Virus record (IMG/VR): IMGVR_UViG_3300050343_000261
DNA length: 64,000 nt
DNA from: a virus
Reading direction: 5' to 3' (one strand)
The notes under the pieces were generated by a model, which ran no database searches, was not told where the DNA came from, and saw only the letters and a program-made list of their open reading frames with translations. How positions within the stretch are numbered: position 1 is the first letter of the stretch; each line of letters opens with the position of its first letter. Below, in pieces: positions 35,111 to 45,992 of this stretch. The translations under genes were made by a program, and so were the position numbers.

Positions 35111-37584
35111 ATAATGTCATAGTGTTTCATGTAGAACTCATGAAACTTATATTTGATATACAAAAGTGGTTTTAGTTTGGTAATTTTCTCTAGATCTTTT
35201 ATGAACTGATCAACCTTGGTGTACTGCTTCTTGTCCCCATACTGAGGATGCTTCTTGACTCTACCAACCTTGTGCTGGAAACCCATCTTGATTCCAGAGT
35301 CAGACCTGTTCTCATAATACAGAGGTTTGGTGCCAGTCAATTGAACAGCAGCATCAAAAGGAATACTATCCCTATTGATACCTTTCTTACTCCAATTATA
35401 CCACTGCTCATTGAATTCTATAGTCTCATCGTACAAATATCTCCATACGATTGAACACTGAGGACTAGAATACTTATTGAACTTATATTTTGTGGCACTC
35501 AGTGCCTCAGTGATCTCAATTCCCCCCTCATAGGGGAAGAAAGCACATGTAAATCCTTCCAACAACTCATCATAGTATGAGAACTTACTGATGTTCCTAA
35601 GTGTGGTAAAAGGGAAGGAATACAAACTCTTCTCAACAAACTCTCGGGTATGTTTGAAGCACCCATCCACCCACACAGTGTAAGTTCCTTTCTCAAAAAA
35701 CTCATGGGGGTTACACTTTGGATAGAACGCCAAGTCTCGTGGACAATCAATATCAAGATCTAATTTGATGTACTCCCATGGACCCTTGGTAGTATCAATA
35801 GTGCCATCATGAAAACATACGTATCTTATTTCAGGATCATAGTAATTCTTATCTGGTATCACATCATGTCCATTAGTGATGCATGTATAGATGACAACAA
35901 ATCTTTTATCGACACGGACACCTTCTTGATAAGGATAAGTATTGAATGACAGTCCTAAACTACCACCAATACCATAGTATTTCATGTAAAACTCATGGAG
36001 TTTGTACTTACAAAACAACTTTGCTTCATATCCAGTCTCTCGATCAATTTCCATAAGGAACTGATCCACCTTTTTATATTGCTCTAGGTCACCCAGTTGC
36101 TCATGCTTTTTGATTCTACCTTTCTTGTTATTGAAACCAAATTGTATACCACAGTCATCCCGGTTATCATAGAACCGGGGAGTTACTCCTGTGAACTGCA
36201 TGGCAGCATCAAAAGGAATCGTATCTCGATTTAGATACCCCTCCTCATACCATTTCTTATTGAACTCGATTACCTCCGGAGTCAACTGTCTCCAGACAAC
36301 AGAGCACTGTGGACTAGAATATTTTAGGAAGTCATATCCCGCCGATGCCAGATACTTGGTGTAGTTGACTGCTGTGTTGTACCTATAGAAAGCACAAGTA
36401 AATCCTTCCAACAACTCATCGTAGTATGAGAACTCTCCTCCATGACGCAGGACCGAGAAAGGAAAACATCCAAGAGATCTTTCAATAAAATCATAAGAAT
36501 GATCAAAGCATCCATCAACCCATACTGTATATGAGTTAGGAGGAAAAAACTCATGAGCATTTGCTTTGACATAGAACGCCAACTCTCTTGGATTATCAAT
36601 ACCAAGATGAGAAACATCAATATACTTCCAAGAACCTGACATCTTTTGACTATCAGGAACAGATAACTTCCCATCATGGAAGATCCAATAGTTTACGTCT
36701 GGATCAAAGTAAAAACTTTGAGGGATATCATAATCATTAGTGATACATGTATAAACATTCAATTGATTATGTTTGATTCTTTCTCCAAATTCATGAGGTA
36801 AAGTGGGCACTGCTGCCTTCATCATTGCAGAAGTAATATCACTGTCCCAGATTTTTACTAATTTATTTTGAAAGTCAGTGATCTGTTTGTTGGTTGGTCG
36901 ATCAATATTATAAGATTCTTCGTACTTCTTGACCCTATTAGTGTTGTCAAGACTGACCTGCATCGGTACACGCAGTGCTGTCAGTCCTGTCTCATACTCA
37001 GCAAGTGCACTAGCAATTTGATCACGGTTGACTCCTCTCCTATACCACCGTGCCCATGCTCTGTTCCACTGTCTATTCTCTTGGAAGTTATGTCTCCAGA
37101 CAACGCAGTTGATTGTTTGTTTGTAATCCTTTTTAGGGTAAGGATCATAACCAGCCAGCATCCTCTCGGACATCCTGGTAATTTCTAAACTGTCAGAAAA
37201 TCCTTCGGCATATAACTTATTGAACTCTTCAAGCAAACTGCGGGGGTCAGGGTGCTCTTGTAGTACAACAAAACTATGAGGATGCCGAAAGACTTTCCTA
37301 CTATATTCAACAAGATCTCGGGTTATATTATATGCTGCGTCTACCCACACAGTCAGATCAGAAGACTGTGTGAAGTATATATGCGGTTCATGCTTGATAA
37401 CATATGACTTCCTAACAGGACAGTCAGGAAGTTCTACATTTAGATCATCAAGATGTACATACTCCCACGGACCTTTGGTTGTAGGAATGCTTCCATCATG
37501 GAACAAAACATACCTACAACCTTCCTCAACATATGCGTCGGGGACAGAATCATATCCGTTGGTTATGCACGTATAAAAAATCAA
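35107..37584 (-). CDS. Protein with three tandem DUF616-like domains
   Basis: YTCITNGYD / YTCITNDYD / YTCITNGHD begin three repeats, each with WVD(A/G) and NRD motifs. Confidence 0.8.
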   Translation of the reverse strand: MIFYTCITNGYDSVPDAYVEEGCRYVLFHDGSIPTTKGPWEYVHLDDLNVELPDCPVRKSYVIKHEPHIYFTQSSDLTVWVDAAYNITRDLVEYSRKVFRHPHSFVVLQEHPDPRSLLEEFNKLYAEGFSDSLEITRMSERMLAGYDPYPKKDYKQTINCVVWRHNFQENRQWNRAWARWYRRGVNRDQIASALAEYETGLTALRVPMQVSLDNTNRVKKYEESYNIDRPTNKQITDFQNKLVKIWDSDITSAMMKAAVPTLPHEFGERIKHNQLNVYTCITNDYDIPQSFYFDPDVNYWIFHDGKLSVPDSQKMSGSWKYIDVSHLGIDNPRELAFYVKANAHEFFPPNSYTVWVDGCFDHSYDFIERSLGCFPFSVLRHGGEFSYYDELLEGFTCAFYRYNTAVNYTKYLASAGYDFLKYSSPQCSVVWRQLTPEVIEFNKKWYEEGYLNRDTIPFDAAMQFTGVTPRFYDNRDDCGIQFGFNNKKGRIKKHEQLGDLEQYKKVDQFLMEIDRETGYEAKLFCKYKLHEFYMKYYGIGGSLGLSFNTYPYQEGVRVDKRFVVIYTCITNGHDVIPDKNYYDPEIRYVCFHDGTIDTTKGPWEYIKLDLDIDCPRDLAFYPKCNPHEFFEKGTYTVWVDGCFKHTREFVEKSLYSFPFTTLRNISKFSYYDELLEGFTCAFFPYEGGIEITEALSATKYKFNKYSSPQCSIVWRYLYDETIEFNEQWYNWSKKGINRDSIPFDAAVQLTGTKPLYYENRSDSGIKMGFQHKVGRVKKHPQYGDKKQYTKVDQFIKDLEKITKLKPLLYIKYKFHEFYMKHYDII

Positions 37585-38327
37585 TTTAGTTTATCCACAG
37601 GTTGCGACTTACCCAATGCTTCACTCACTGTACGGTTTGTGACATTACCAGGTTCACGTAAGAACCATCCAGTAGCAATGTACTTAGATTCATTACCCGT
37701 AAGGAATGAACCTCTGTGCATGTGAGTATACGTAGCAGGCCAAAGAACAATAGTTCCTTTCTTAGGATGGAACGTTTTCTCCTGGTGATAGAAGTCAGTG
37801 CCGCCACCATTCTCAGGAGGGATATCATTCAGATAAATCATCCACGTCAGCACACGGTCACGGTAGAGGAAGTTGCCATTCTCACAATGCCATACATGGT
37901 ATCCACCACCTGGATCAGTGCGTTGTAGTTTGCAGGTCCAAGAAGAAATTGGATCACAAGAATCAACGAGACCTTTGTACTTCTGTACGTACATCTCAAA
38001 TGCTTGACCAATTGCTTGGTTGACCTGAGCGGTCATCGTTGTGTCACAAACTTCAAGATAGAGTTGATGGTCCTTACGACCCATGCCACCTTTAGGGAAT
38101 TGGGATTCCCCATCATTGAAGTGGTCAATGGTAAAATCATTGTCTCCAATTTTTGTGACGGCATGCTCGGAGGATTCTCCTACGAAATGCTTTTTGTTGT
38201 ACCAGTATTCAAAAACCTCACGCAAAGAATCACAGAATTCCCAGCGTACAAAGTTCTCAAAGATACCTATGTGATCATAGAAAACTGGTTCAGTGAAGTC
38301 AGGTTGTTTGATGATCTCTTCTGTCAT
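37581..38327 (-). CDS. 2OG-Fe(II) oxygenase (prolyl 4-hydroxylase-like)
   Basis: GGGYHVWHCE; LTWMIYLND; GGGTDF; WPATYTHMHRG; KYIATGW. Confidence 0.9.
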   Translation of the reverse strand: MTEEIIKQPDFTEPVFYDHIGIFENFVRWEFCDSLREVFEYWYNKKHFVGESSEHAVTKIGDNDFTIDHFNDGESQFPKGGMGRKDHQLYLEVCDTTMTAQVNQAIGQAFEMYVQKYKGLVDSCDPISSWTCKLQRTDPGGGYHVWHCENGNFLYRDRVLTWMIYLNDIPPENGGGTDFYHQEKTFHPKKGTIVLWPATYTHMHRGSFLTGNESKYIATGWFLREPGNVTNRTVSEALGKSQPVDKLN

Positions 38328-39124
38328 TGTTTCTGTGCTTGTTCCATGTACACTGATGGTGGTATTCTACCACAATATTCGTCTAGTTCCATAATCTGAT
38401 CGACAGTATGCTCCCTAGCATCTCTCTCCCAGAACTGTGCTAGTGCCTCATTACTACCCTTATGAAAGATGTCAATATGTTCTTCATGAATTGAAGAACC
38501 CATGTCCAATCTGTAATTGAATAGGGGAGTAGAGTAAGACTTACCACTGTCAAGAATCAAATCCTCTGACACTGCACGAGGTTTGATGTTCTGATCCAGT
38601 TTCCACTGATTGCCACGGAGGTGACACCTAAGGACCTTGGTTGCATGGTGCCTGCTGATTAGATAACCAGCAGCAGAGAAATCATTGATGAACCTTTGAT
38701 GTAACTTGAGAGTAATCCCATTGGGATTGATGATGGTTAGTTGCAGGCAGTCCCAGTTGATGGGCAGTCGCTTCCTAACATCCTTCCAAGTGAAAGTCCA
38801 ATGCTTGACAGTGGAAAGATCAATGTCGTCCTCCATGATGAAGACTTCATCTAGGTCAGTCTCTTCGACAAAGTAACGCAGAGCATTTAGGTGAGACATT
38901 ACACATGCGATCTCACCTTTGTTCATATTATGAGGTACAGAACCCTTCAGGTTCTCCTCATACTCATCACCATCAATACCACTAATGCGGTGGTTATCAG
39001 TGAGTCCCCAGTAGTCCAATTGATCTTCCATGTATTCCCGTCGTTGGGTCACACGGTCTAGATTGATCCAAAGAACTTTAGGGAACCCCTTCAGTTTGTC
39101 GATAGACTTATTCCTATCAGTCAT
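38324..39124 (-). CDS. Glycosyltransferase family 25
   Basis: WINLDRVTQRR; GEIACVMSH; IMEDD; SAAGYLIS. Confidence 0.88.
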   Translation of the reverse strand: MTDRNKSIDKLKGFPKVLWINLDRVTQRREYMEDQLDYWGLTDNHRISGIDGDEYEENLKGSVPHNMNKGEIACVMSHLNALRYFVEETDLDEVFIMEDDIDLSTVKHWTFTWKDVRKRLPINWDCLQLTIINPNGITLKLHQRFINDFSAAGYLISRHHATKVLRCHLRGNQWKLDQNIKPRAVSEDLILDSGKSYSTPLFNYRLDMGSSIHEEHIDIFHKGSNEALAQFWERDAREHTVDQIMELDEYCGRIPPSVYMEQAQKQ

Positions 39125-40079
39125 CCGTGCCAGGGCGTTTGCCATTGCGGACACCACGATACACCATGTATAGGGGCTCCTTATAATATTCTTCAATAGC
39201 GTCCCTACTCATGTTGCCAAGTTTTTCCCACAACGCACGGTTCTCTTCGATGTGAGGGTTGTTGAACCAAGAGTTAGGAGTACGACGGTGCTCCATATGA
39301 TAGATCAAATCATTTAGACGCAGCACTTGTGAACAAAGATTGAAGCGACTATAACGTTCGTCATCTTCATATCCATAGGCAACGAAACCTTCATTCTCAC
39401 CACCAAGTCTGAGATATTCTTTGGTGTCAAAGAACTGTACGAAACCAAACTTGGCATCATATAGAGTTGCACTCTTCACAAATGCATTGAAGTTGAAGTT
39501 GCTATTGATGAACCGAGTACATTCCTCATCAGTAACTCGTAACTGATATTGATACTCTCCACACCCATAAGGATAGACACACTTCACAGGTTCAGGAGTT
39601 GCCTCAGGATCATTCGGAGGAATCCAACCATAAAGAATGGCATTCTGCGCCAAGATATAGTTGTTCATCGGCAGCAAGACATCGCAGTCATAGTTGCAGA
39701 CCACAGGGGTCTCAACCAACATCAGCATGTCGTTTATCAAACGAGTCCTATGGAAGACTTTATCATCACTCTCCTCAAAGATATGATGAATCTTTTCCAT
39801 CTTCTCAGGGGGCAATGCTTCATCAAGCATTGGCACCACACTCTTCAAGAAAATAGATTCAACATCATGTTCCTTGATAATAATCTGCGTGTCAAAGTTA
39901 CGCAGAAGATAGATTAGTGTTGTCGTGATGTTACGCATCCGATCAACACTTTCGATTCGCAAAGGAATGATGAAGGTTGTTTTAGTCAGGTCCCAGGAGT
40001 TTACCGGTTGGATCTGAAGATCCTCGTACATCCCAAGATCTTGAATTTCAACACCTTCTTGGTGGATTGTTTCAGACAT
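39117..40079 (-). CDS. GT-A glycosyltransferase with GT7-like C-terminal motif
   Basis: TFIIPLR; FHRTRLIN; NYDCD; GGENEGFVAYGYEDDER. Confidence 0.8.
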   Translation of the reverse strand: MSETIHQEGVEIQDLGMYEDLQIQPVNSWDLTKTTFIIPLRIESVDRMRNITTTLIYLLRNFDTQIIIKEHDVESIFLKSVVPMLDEALPPEKMEKIHHIFEESDDKVFHRTRLINDMLMLVETPVVCNYDCDVLLPMNNYILAQNAILYGWIPPNDPEATPEPVKCVYPYGCGEYQYQLRVTDEECTRFINSNFNFNAFVKSATLYDAKFGFVQFFDTKEYLRLGGENEGFVAYGYEDDERYSRFNLCSQVLRLNDLIYHMEHRRTPNSWFNNPHIEENRALWEKLGNMSRDAIEEYYKEPLYMVYRGVRNGKRPGTDD

Positions 40080-40860
40080 TGATAGATTTCCAGTTAGGGC
40101 AGTAAAGGTCAGAGGTGTCGTGGTCTTTAGTATACCCGTCACCGAACCAACGGTTAGGGGCGATGATTGTCTTGTCTGAGTTTGTACTCAACCAAGACCC
40201 CCACCATGAGAATGATGAGTTAGCAATGATAAAGTCGTGACATAGACTCATCATACAGAGGTCGGCAACATTGTCGCCACCCTCAGAGATCAAGAAACGA
40301 TCTTCTACAAATTGTTCGTTACACCAGGCAGGATCGTCAGAAAAAACAACGACAGTCCTGTCAGAATCAAAGTGCGAAAGGGCACGATCATAATAGTCCT
40401 TGGTGCATGGAGGGTGGTTGTCGCAGTTAGTTATGTAGTCACCCCTCCGAACATGTAGAGCAATTGGTCGGTCAACCGAACCAATCATTTCTTGACATGG
40501 TTCTTTGATATTATTTTTGAATTCAAAGTCCTCACGGATCTCAGATTCAATATGTTTGAACCACTTCTCGCTTTGTAGATACCCATAAACATTATGCCCA
40601 TCAGGCATCTTGTCAAACAGGTTCTTATCAAAGTGAAAGTGTTCTTCCTGAACATAAGGTCCAGGACATACCCCGATGTTTGTTAGTCCAGTAAGTTTGA
40701 AACACTCAAACAGTTGATGGTCAGTCCACTCATCTTTGAAATCGCTAGGAGGAATACAAAAATCGTATCCATGCTCAGCAGCAATACCACGTAGTCCTGC
40801 ATACTGAAACATCTGATTTCCTAGACGACCATGCCGACCTAGGTGATTGAATCCAATCAT
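40072..40860 (-). CDS. Glycosyltransferase family 11 (alpha-1,2-fucosyltransferase-like)
   Basis: GRLGNQMFQYA; GYLQSEKWF; HVRRGDY; FSDD; IANSSFSWW. Confidence 0.93.
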   Translation of the reverse strand: MIGFNHLGRHGRLGNQMFQYAGLRGIAAEHGYDFCIPPSDFKDEWTDHQLFECFKLTGLTNIGVCPGPYVQEEHFHFDKNLFDKMPDGHNVYGYLQSEKWFKHIESEIREDFEFKNNIKEPCQEMIGSVDRPIALHVRRGDYITNCDNHPPCTKDYYDRALSHFDSDRTVVVFSDDPAWCNEQFVEDRFLISEGGDNVADLCMMSLCHDFIIANSSFSWWGSWLSTNSDKTIIAPNRWFGDGYTKDHDTSDLYCPNWKSINV

Positions 40861-41540
40861 TTATGTTTCTCCTTCAAATATTCAATCTCTTGTGGCATAA
40901 GATCCTCAAACTTTCGTTGTGTTTGATGGGGGTGTTCTCTATTAGAAATATGATAGTGCTGAAGAACTTTTGGTTCCCCGTAGTTCTCATACAACCTATA
41001 GTACATGTCACAATCCATCAGCATGGTGAGTTCTTCATCAAAGTATTCACCACATCCATTACGGAGAGCAAGAATAGATGGAGAACTAAGGGTGTTGACA
41101 CCCTCTAGCAAACGATTGTTATAGACAGGAATCTTAGGGTTGTAGTGAGTCTTACCATCATCTAAGGTATGAGCAAATCCAGTTACTGCCCACTCCACTC
41201 CTTCAGTAAAAGCAGCGTCAAGTTCAGCACATAGATTCTTAGTAAGAATCATATCATCACTGAAGATAATTTTCAAGATCTCACCATCTGCTAAACGCAT
41301 AGCGTTATTGGTGTTAGCAGAAATGTTACCTGACTTACTTGGGTTGCGAACGTAATTGATCTCAAAGAGATCATCGTACTCTTCACATGCCTGTAGAACT
41401 TTATTTGATGTGCCATGATCGGACACCCAAACATTGAAGTTCATATCACTCTGCAATGACAGACTATGAAAGATGTCAAACAAATACTGTTGACACCTAG
41501 GGTTCTTATCATGCGTAGGGATGCAAAAACTTACTCTCAT
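40857..41540 (-). CDS. Glycosyltransferase family 2
   Basis: VSFCIPT; VSDH; SANTNNAM; KIIFSDD; MDCDMY. Confidence 0.85.
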   Translation of the reverse strand: MRVSFCIPTHDKNPRCQQYLFDIFHSLSLQSDMNFNVWVSDHGTSNKVLQACEEYDDLFEINYVRNPSKSGNISANTNNAMRLADGEILKIIFSDDMILTKNLCAELDAAFTEGVEWAVTGFAHTLDDGKTHYNPKIPVYNNRLLEGVNTLSSPSILALRNGCGEYFDEELTMLMDCDMYYRLYENYGEPKVLQHYHISNREHPHQTQRKFEDLMPQEIEYLKEKHK

Positions 41541-42328
41541 TTCCCTACAAACTCCTTGATTTTATTTGTAAGTCTAGGCACTACATCGTTTTCACTATGG
41601 AAACGCTTAGCAATTTCATAGTTCTGCTCGATTGCAGGCTTTCTCCAATCATACATTTCAGTGTCCAGATGTCTTAGGATAAGTTCAAGCTCTTCCATAT
41701 CATGAAATACAATCACACCATCCATATTGAACCAATCACTAAGGTTAGGACAACCATAATAAATGGGTACAGTTTTTGACGCAAAGCAATCAATAACTTT
41801 TTCAGTAAAGTAATTCTGTTGGCGAGAGTTCTCTACTGTAATATGGAACTTAGCGTTCTCAAAGAAATCATTCCTCCGTTGATGAAAAGGAGGTGACTTA
41901 TGTGCATAGTATTGCAATCCATTAGATACATCTATCTTCTTGAGCATCTCAAAGATGTCAAGACGCATGTTGTGTCCAACAGTTTGGTTCTTATTACTTG
42001 TGACAAAGGTAACATTGTTACCCTTATCCAGAATAAGATCAGAAAAATTCAACCAACTAGATCCCCACTCAAACAATTCTGCTTGGGGGTGTATGTCGAT
42101 AATTTTCTGAGTGAACGTGTAGATTTTATCAAAATGATGAGCACCACGAAGTGCTCCCTCAGTCACTGTAGGAAGGATTGAATATGGTTCCGCTAAGAAC
42201 AGAATTTTTACATCTGCTTGCGGATCATAATCAAGGTTATCAATAGAGATACTGACAGACCTACCACCAAGATCAAGATGCTTATCTTGCCAAGGGTTCC
42301 ACCAAAGAGGATAGTATTTTACTGTCAT
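41537..42328 (-). CDS. GT10-like (alpha-1,3-fucosyltransferase-like) protein
   Basis: KFHITVENS...YFTEKVIDCF...PIYYG. Confidence 0.8.
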   Translation of the reverse strand: MTVKYYPLWWNPWQDKHLDLGGRSVSISIDNLDYDPQADVKILFLAEPYSILPTVTEGALRGAHHFDKIYTFTQKIIDIHPQAELFEWGSSWLNFSDLILDKGNNVTFVTSNKNQTVGHNMRLDIFEMLKKIDVSNGLQYYAHKSPPFHQRRNDFFENAKFHITVENSRQQNYFTEKVIDCFASKTVPIYYGCPNLSDWFNMDGVIVFHDMEELELILRHLDTEMYDWRKPAIEQNYEIAKRFHSENDVVPRLTNKIKEFVGK

Positions 42329-42996
42329 CGTATGTCTTGAAAATGATAATGAAAACCAAAGGTCTCAATTCCTTTGTGTTCCGGGCACTCTACTTCTTTA
42401 GAGAACCTAGCGGCAACTTCCACTGGAGCAAAGACGCATCCTTGTTCCTCAAAAAGGTGCCGATTGTGGATACATATGTTTCCGTCCTCGTTATATAGTC
42501 CGGCATTCATATGCTTGTAGAAGTCTCCTTCGTTGACTTCCCAAGGCACAGTCACACGCGAGGGAACTTGTAATAACTTTCTGGAACGTAAGGAAAATCC
42601 CCCATTCCCAACCCGCTGACTCTTACCCCAGGGGTCGAGATAGGCGGTTGGATCGTCTCTCCACGGGGCACCGATGTAGTCGTATTGTAACCACGAATTA
42701 TCCCATAACCAAGGTCGAATAACAAAACCGTCAGGATGAATAAGGAGGCAATGCGAGGATTGAATATGATTGAGAAAATTATATATGCAATAAAAATTGA
42801 AATCATTGATACTCTGGATTGGATAAGTTTTCTCATACTGTGCTTGATCACAGAGACCTTCTGGTCTTCCTTTACTGCCAAGAAATTTGACAGCACCCCA
42901 TTCAATAGATTCACATGATTTATTTACCGCATAGACTGCTTCCGGTATGTCAACATCTGCTAGCATCAGCAGTGTGACTTCAGGAATCTTTAGCAC
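42325..42996 (-). CDS. DUF5672 glycosyltransferase-like protein
   Basis: LLIHPDGF; YDYIGAPW; VGNGGFSLRSRKLL; NED; FGFH. Confidence 0.88.
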   Translation of the reverse strand: MLKIPEVTLLMLADVDIPEAVYAVNKSCESIEWGAVKFLGSKGRPEGLCDQAQYEKTYPIQSINDFNFYCIYNFLNHIQSSHCLLIHPDGFVIRPWLWDNSWLQYDYIGAPWRDDPTAYLDPWGKSQRVGNGGFSLRSRKLLQVPSRVTVPWEVNEGDFYKHMNAGLYNEDGNICIHNRHLFEEQGCVFAPVEVAARFSKEVECPEHKGIETFGFHYHFQDIR

Positions 42997-43885
42997 GTTT
43001 GACTGCCCTGTTGAACACCGAGTATAAGTCTAACAGATTAGTGTCAATATTTCTAGCCTTGTCACAAAGATCTTGAGCATTCGACAACACGGTTTTAGTG
43101 ATCTTCCTAAAGTCATTTACCCATAAGACAGGATAGTCTTTATATAACTCTTGCAAGTAATCATTTTTCACCATGATTGGCACCCGTTTTAGGTAAAGCA
43201 CCTCCCAGTTTCGATGACAATCAACTGCATTGCCTTGAGGACAGATCATAAATTTATGATTCTGAATCTCTCTCAGGTAGGTCTCATAGTTTACTGCTTC
43301 TCCGACCGTCGCGTAGGATCTTTTACTAAAAATCTCACGGATGTTGCCACGTGCACTGATGTTAGTGTGCTCTGCATGATTGATGTAGAGTAATTTTTTA
43401 GGTTTAGGATCTTTCTCCATAGCAACGTGGAGAATACTTTGACGTTCATCATTGGCACTCAACTTCCTACCCACACCATAAGGAAATGGATATAGTTTAT
43501 CTTTGAACCCCACTGCATTTGCAGCAAAAATCCCCAACACATTGTCGGGGATATCAATATCAGAATTGATAGGAGTGTCTTCGTTATTACAAAAAATTAT
43601 AAATTTTTTCTGAGGATAACAAGCACATAGTTTCATTAGATCATTACGTTTCTGTAGACCATTGATCCACACTTGATCTTTTTTATTACCGCACTTGATT
43701 TGTCTGTGATACAATCTAATGTTATCAATGAATAGTTTGATAACTTCTTTATCACATAAAAAATCAGTGTTAGATGAGTTGGCATCATTCATAAAGGCAC
43801 CGTAGACTCCTCCTACCATGCCTGCCTGATCACCAAAACTATAGTCACAAAGATCTGCAACCGCTGGTCCCGAAATCAGCTTCAT
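42980..43885 (-). CDS. Exostosin (GT47)-like glycosyltransferase
   Basis: KFMICPQGNAVDCHRNWEVLYLKRVP. Confidence 0.78.
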   Translation of the reverse strand: MKLISGPAVADLCDYSFGDQAGMVGGVYGAFMNDANSSNTDFLCDKEVIKLFIDNIRLYHRQIKCGNKKDQVWINGLQKRNDLMKLCACYPQKKFIIFCNNEDTPINSDIDIPDNVLGIFAANAVGFKDKLYPFPYGVGRKLSANDERQSILHVAMEKDPKPKKLLYINHAEHTNISARGNIREIFSKRSYATVGEAVNYETYLREIQNHKFMICPQGNAVDCHRNWEVLYLKRVPIMVKNDYLQELYKDYPVLWVNDFRKITKTVLSNAQDLCDKARNIDTNLLDLYSVFNRAVKRAKDS

Positions 43886-44727
43886 ACTTTCACAAACTTC
43901 TTCAGTTTACGATTCTTCTGTGCCCTCACATATGAAGGGAAGGTGTCGTCGATCTCTACAGTAGTTGGTTGGTAAAGATAACTACGACCATAAGGATCTA
44001 GATTATGCTTGATCCTATCCTCCATACTAGACCTAAACTCTTCTGTATTATTTTCCTGATGCTCATAAGCATCCATCTTCTGTCGTACCGTATCTGCATC
44101 ACCAAAGAAACTCCAATGCCATGAGGCATTAGCAATCTTGTATGCCTGATGATGTGACTGACGGAGTTTGTCAACACTCATTGTCTTCAGTGTTTTGAAA
44201 TCACACACTCTGGTTCCCATCCACTGGTCCTCACATTTGACGTTGAGGTAGTAGTAATAAAGGGGACCAGTAAGAACGTAATGATTATTAGGATCAAACC
44301 AGTCATCAATACATTTCAGTGCTTCAGGGTTGGCAATTTCATCAGCATCACTGGTAAGAATAATGTCATCATCCTTTGCCTTACCTAGCAGAGCATAGAT
44401 TGCACTGTCCTTATGGAAGCATGCACGTTGGTACGGTAGTGGCAGTTTATAGATATCATCTTCCATCATGCTCCGGTGATAAGGAACATTCTCCCAGAAT
44501 TTTTCTAGTGTCTGATTATCGTCAATCGTCTCATGATAGATGATCTTGTCTTCCCACTTCTTGAACCGCTTACGGTTCTCTGAGAAGTACATAGGTTTTT
44601 GGTTACCTGTGAATGTAATATTAGATTCATTGATAACAAAATAATCTACTTCGTTACCAAGAATATTCATTCTCATTTCAAGTAAGTCCAGTTCATTATA
44701 GAACGTGAACACATCATAGACTGCCAT
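43882..44727 (-). CDS. Glycosyltransferase family 17 (beta-1,4-GlcNAc transferase-like)
   Basis: DVFTFYNELDLLEMR; FVINES..TFTG; SDADEI; WHWSF. Confidence 0.9.
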   Translation of the reverse strand: MAVYDVFTFYNELDLLEMRMNILGNEVDYFVINESNITFTGNQKPMYFSENRKRFKKWEDKIIYHETIDDNQTLEKFWENVPYHRSMMEDDIYKLPLPYQRACFHKDSAIYALLGKAKDDDIILTSDADEIANPEALKCIDDWFDPNNHYVLTGPLYYYYLNVKCEDQWMGTRVCDFKTLKTMSVDKLRQSHHQAYKIANASWHWSFFGDADTVRQKMDAYEHQENNTEEFRSSMEDRIKHNLDPYGRSYLYQPTTVEIDDTFPSYVRAQKNRKLKKFVKV

Positions 44728-45256
44728 AATTTATGTTCAAAGAAAAGCGTACGTTAGAGGAGGGAGAAGAACTGGAGTGGAGTGTCCTACCATCGAACAC
44801 TATTATTTTACCACGTTTAGGTTCCTCTGTATGTATCACATCACCAGATGAATCAAAAAAATATGTGTCACCATCAGAATCATTAGGATAATAGAGTGCG
44901 ACTACATGTGGACGGTCGTCATCAACGTGAGGATTGTGAGGGACATCCACAGCATCAGGTCTGGGATATTGCAGGGTCATATGTGCCCTGAACATCTTCT
45001 TGTCTGGTAAGTTGATTGCTTTACCAATCTCATCCCACGGAAACTTATAAAAAAAGTCAGACGTTGTGCCCTTGACGTGCAATAACGTATGACTGAAGTA
45101 GGGATTCATTTTTTTTCTCAAGGGATGGTCTACGTTGCCGTATGCACAGTCCTTGAAAAAATAGTAGGGCATCTCATGACACAGATTCTCAATCAGTTTT
45201 TGATGAGTAACCTTGAGTCTATACCTTGTAACTAAAGAGGAACTCTCGTTGTTCAT
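44714..45256 (-). CDS. 2OG-Fe(II) oxygenase
   Basis: PHVDD; LYYPNDSDGDT; FDGRTLHSS; RFSLNIN. Start uncertain. Confidence 0.8.
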   Translation of the reverse strand: MNNESSSLVTRYRLKVTHQKLIENLCHEMPYYFFKDCAYGNVDHPLRKKMNPYFSHTLLHVKGTTSDFFYKFPWDEIGKAINLPDKKMFRAHMTLQYPRPDAVDVPHNPHVDDDRPHVVALYYPNDSDGDTYFFDSSGDVIHTEEPKRGKIIVFDGRTLHSSSSPSSNVRFSLNINYGSL

Positions 45257-45992
45257 TAGTGTTCGCCCACTCTCCTGTCTTGATATAGTCTGATAGGACC
45301 ATCATATTGATGACTACATCCGTATTATAAAGCATTTTATAATTTAGATGTTCACCAATACACAAGTCTGTGCAATAAAGATTAGTAATTTTATCACTAC
45401 AAAGTGCTGCAGCAATACCAAACGTCCCTACTCCAGACGTAGCGACATGTTTTGCTGCCATTAGCGTAGCAAAATCTTCCTCAACGCTTTTAGATTGGAC
45501 CGTAACCTTAGGATTCCACCTGAGTTCTTCAACGATTGGATTGTGTCGGTCAGGTTCAGTGACGACAATTGCCTTCTCAAAGTTCTCAAGTAGTGCACCA
45601 TAAAAACAGTAAGGATTAGGGACATATTGACCAGGATTATCAACCCCCCGGTCAAAGACATCTCCACTACGAATATGGATAACGAGGCAATCAGGATCCA
45701 CCTCCACAGGTGGGAGGTCAAGACGCGGTCTGATATATGTTTTACAAAACGATCGCATCTCGGTATAGACTTTACCGATTTCGAGCGGGACTTCTTTGAA
45801 TGGTCCATCATAATAAAAAAATTTACTAAACCCAGACCGTCTAGTGTCACCAAACTTTTCAGTAAAAGTAGAAATTATCTCGTGCTCTAGGGGTTGGATA
45901 AACTCGGTGCTGTATGCCTGAGCACACATCAATCCAACAGCACATTGTTGAATGTTGTTACCAAGTCTACCATACCAATGAGATAGTTTCAT
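45219..45992 (-). CDS. GT11-like glycosyltransferase
   Basis: WYGRLGNNIQQ; IHIRSGD; DFATLM..STF. Confidence 0.65.
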   Translation of the reverse strand: MKLSHWYGRLGNNIQQCAVGLMCAQAYSTEFIQPLEHEIISTFTEKFGDTRRSGFSKFFYYDGPFKEVPLEIGKVYTEMRSFCKTYIRPRLDLPPVEVDPDCLVIHIRSGDVFDRGVDNPGQYVPNPYCFYGALLENFEKAIVVTEPDRHNPIVEELRWNPKVTVQSKSVEEDFATLMAAKHVATSGVGTFGIAAALCSDKITNLYCTDLCIGEHLNYKMLYNTDVVINMMVLSDYIKTGEWANTNEQREFLFSYKV

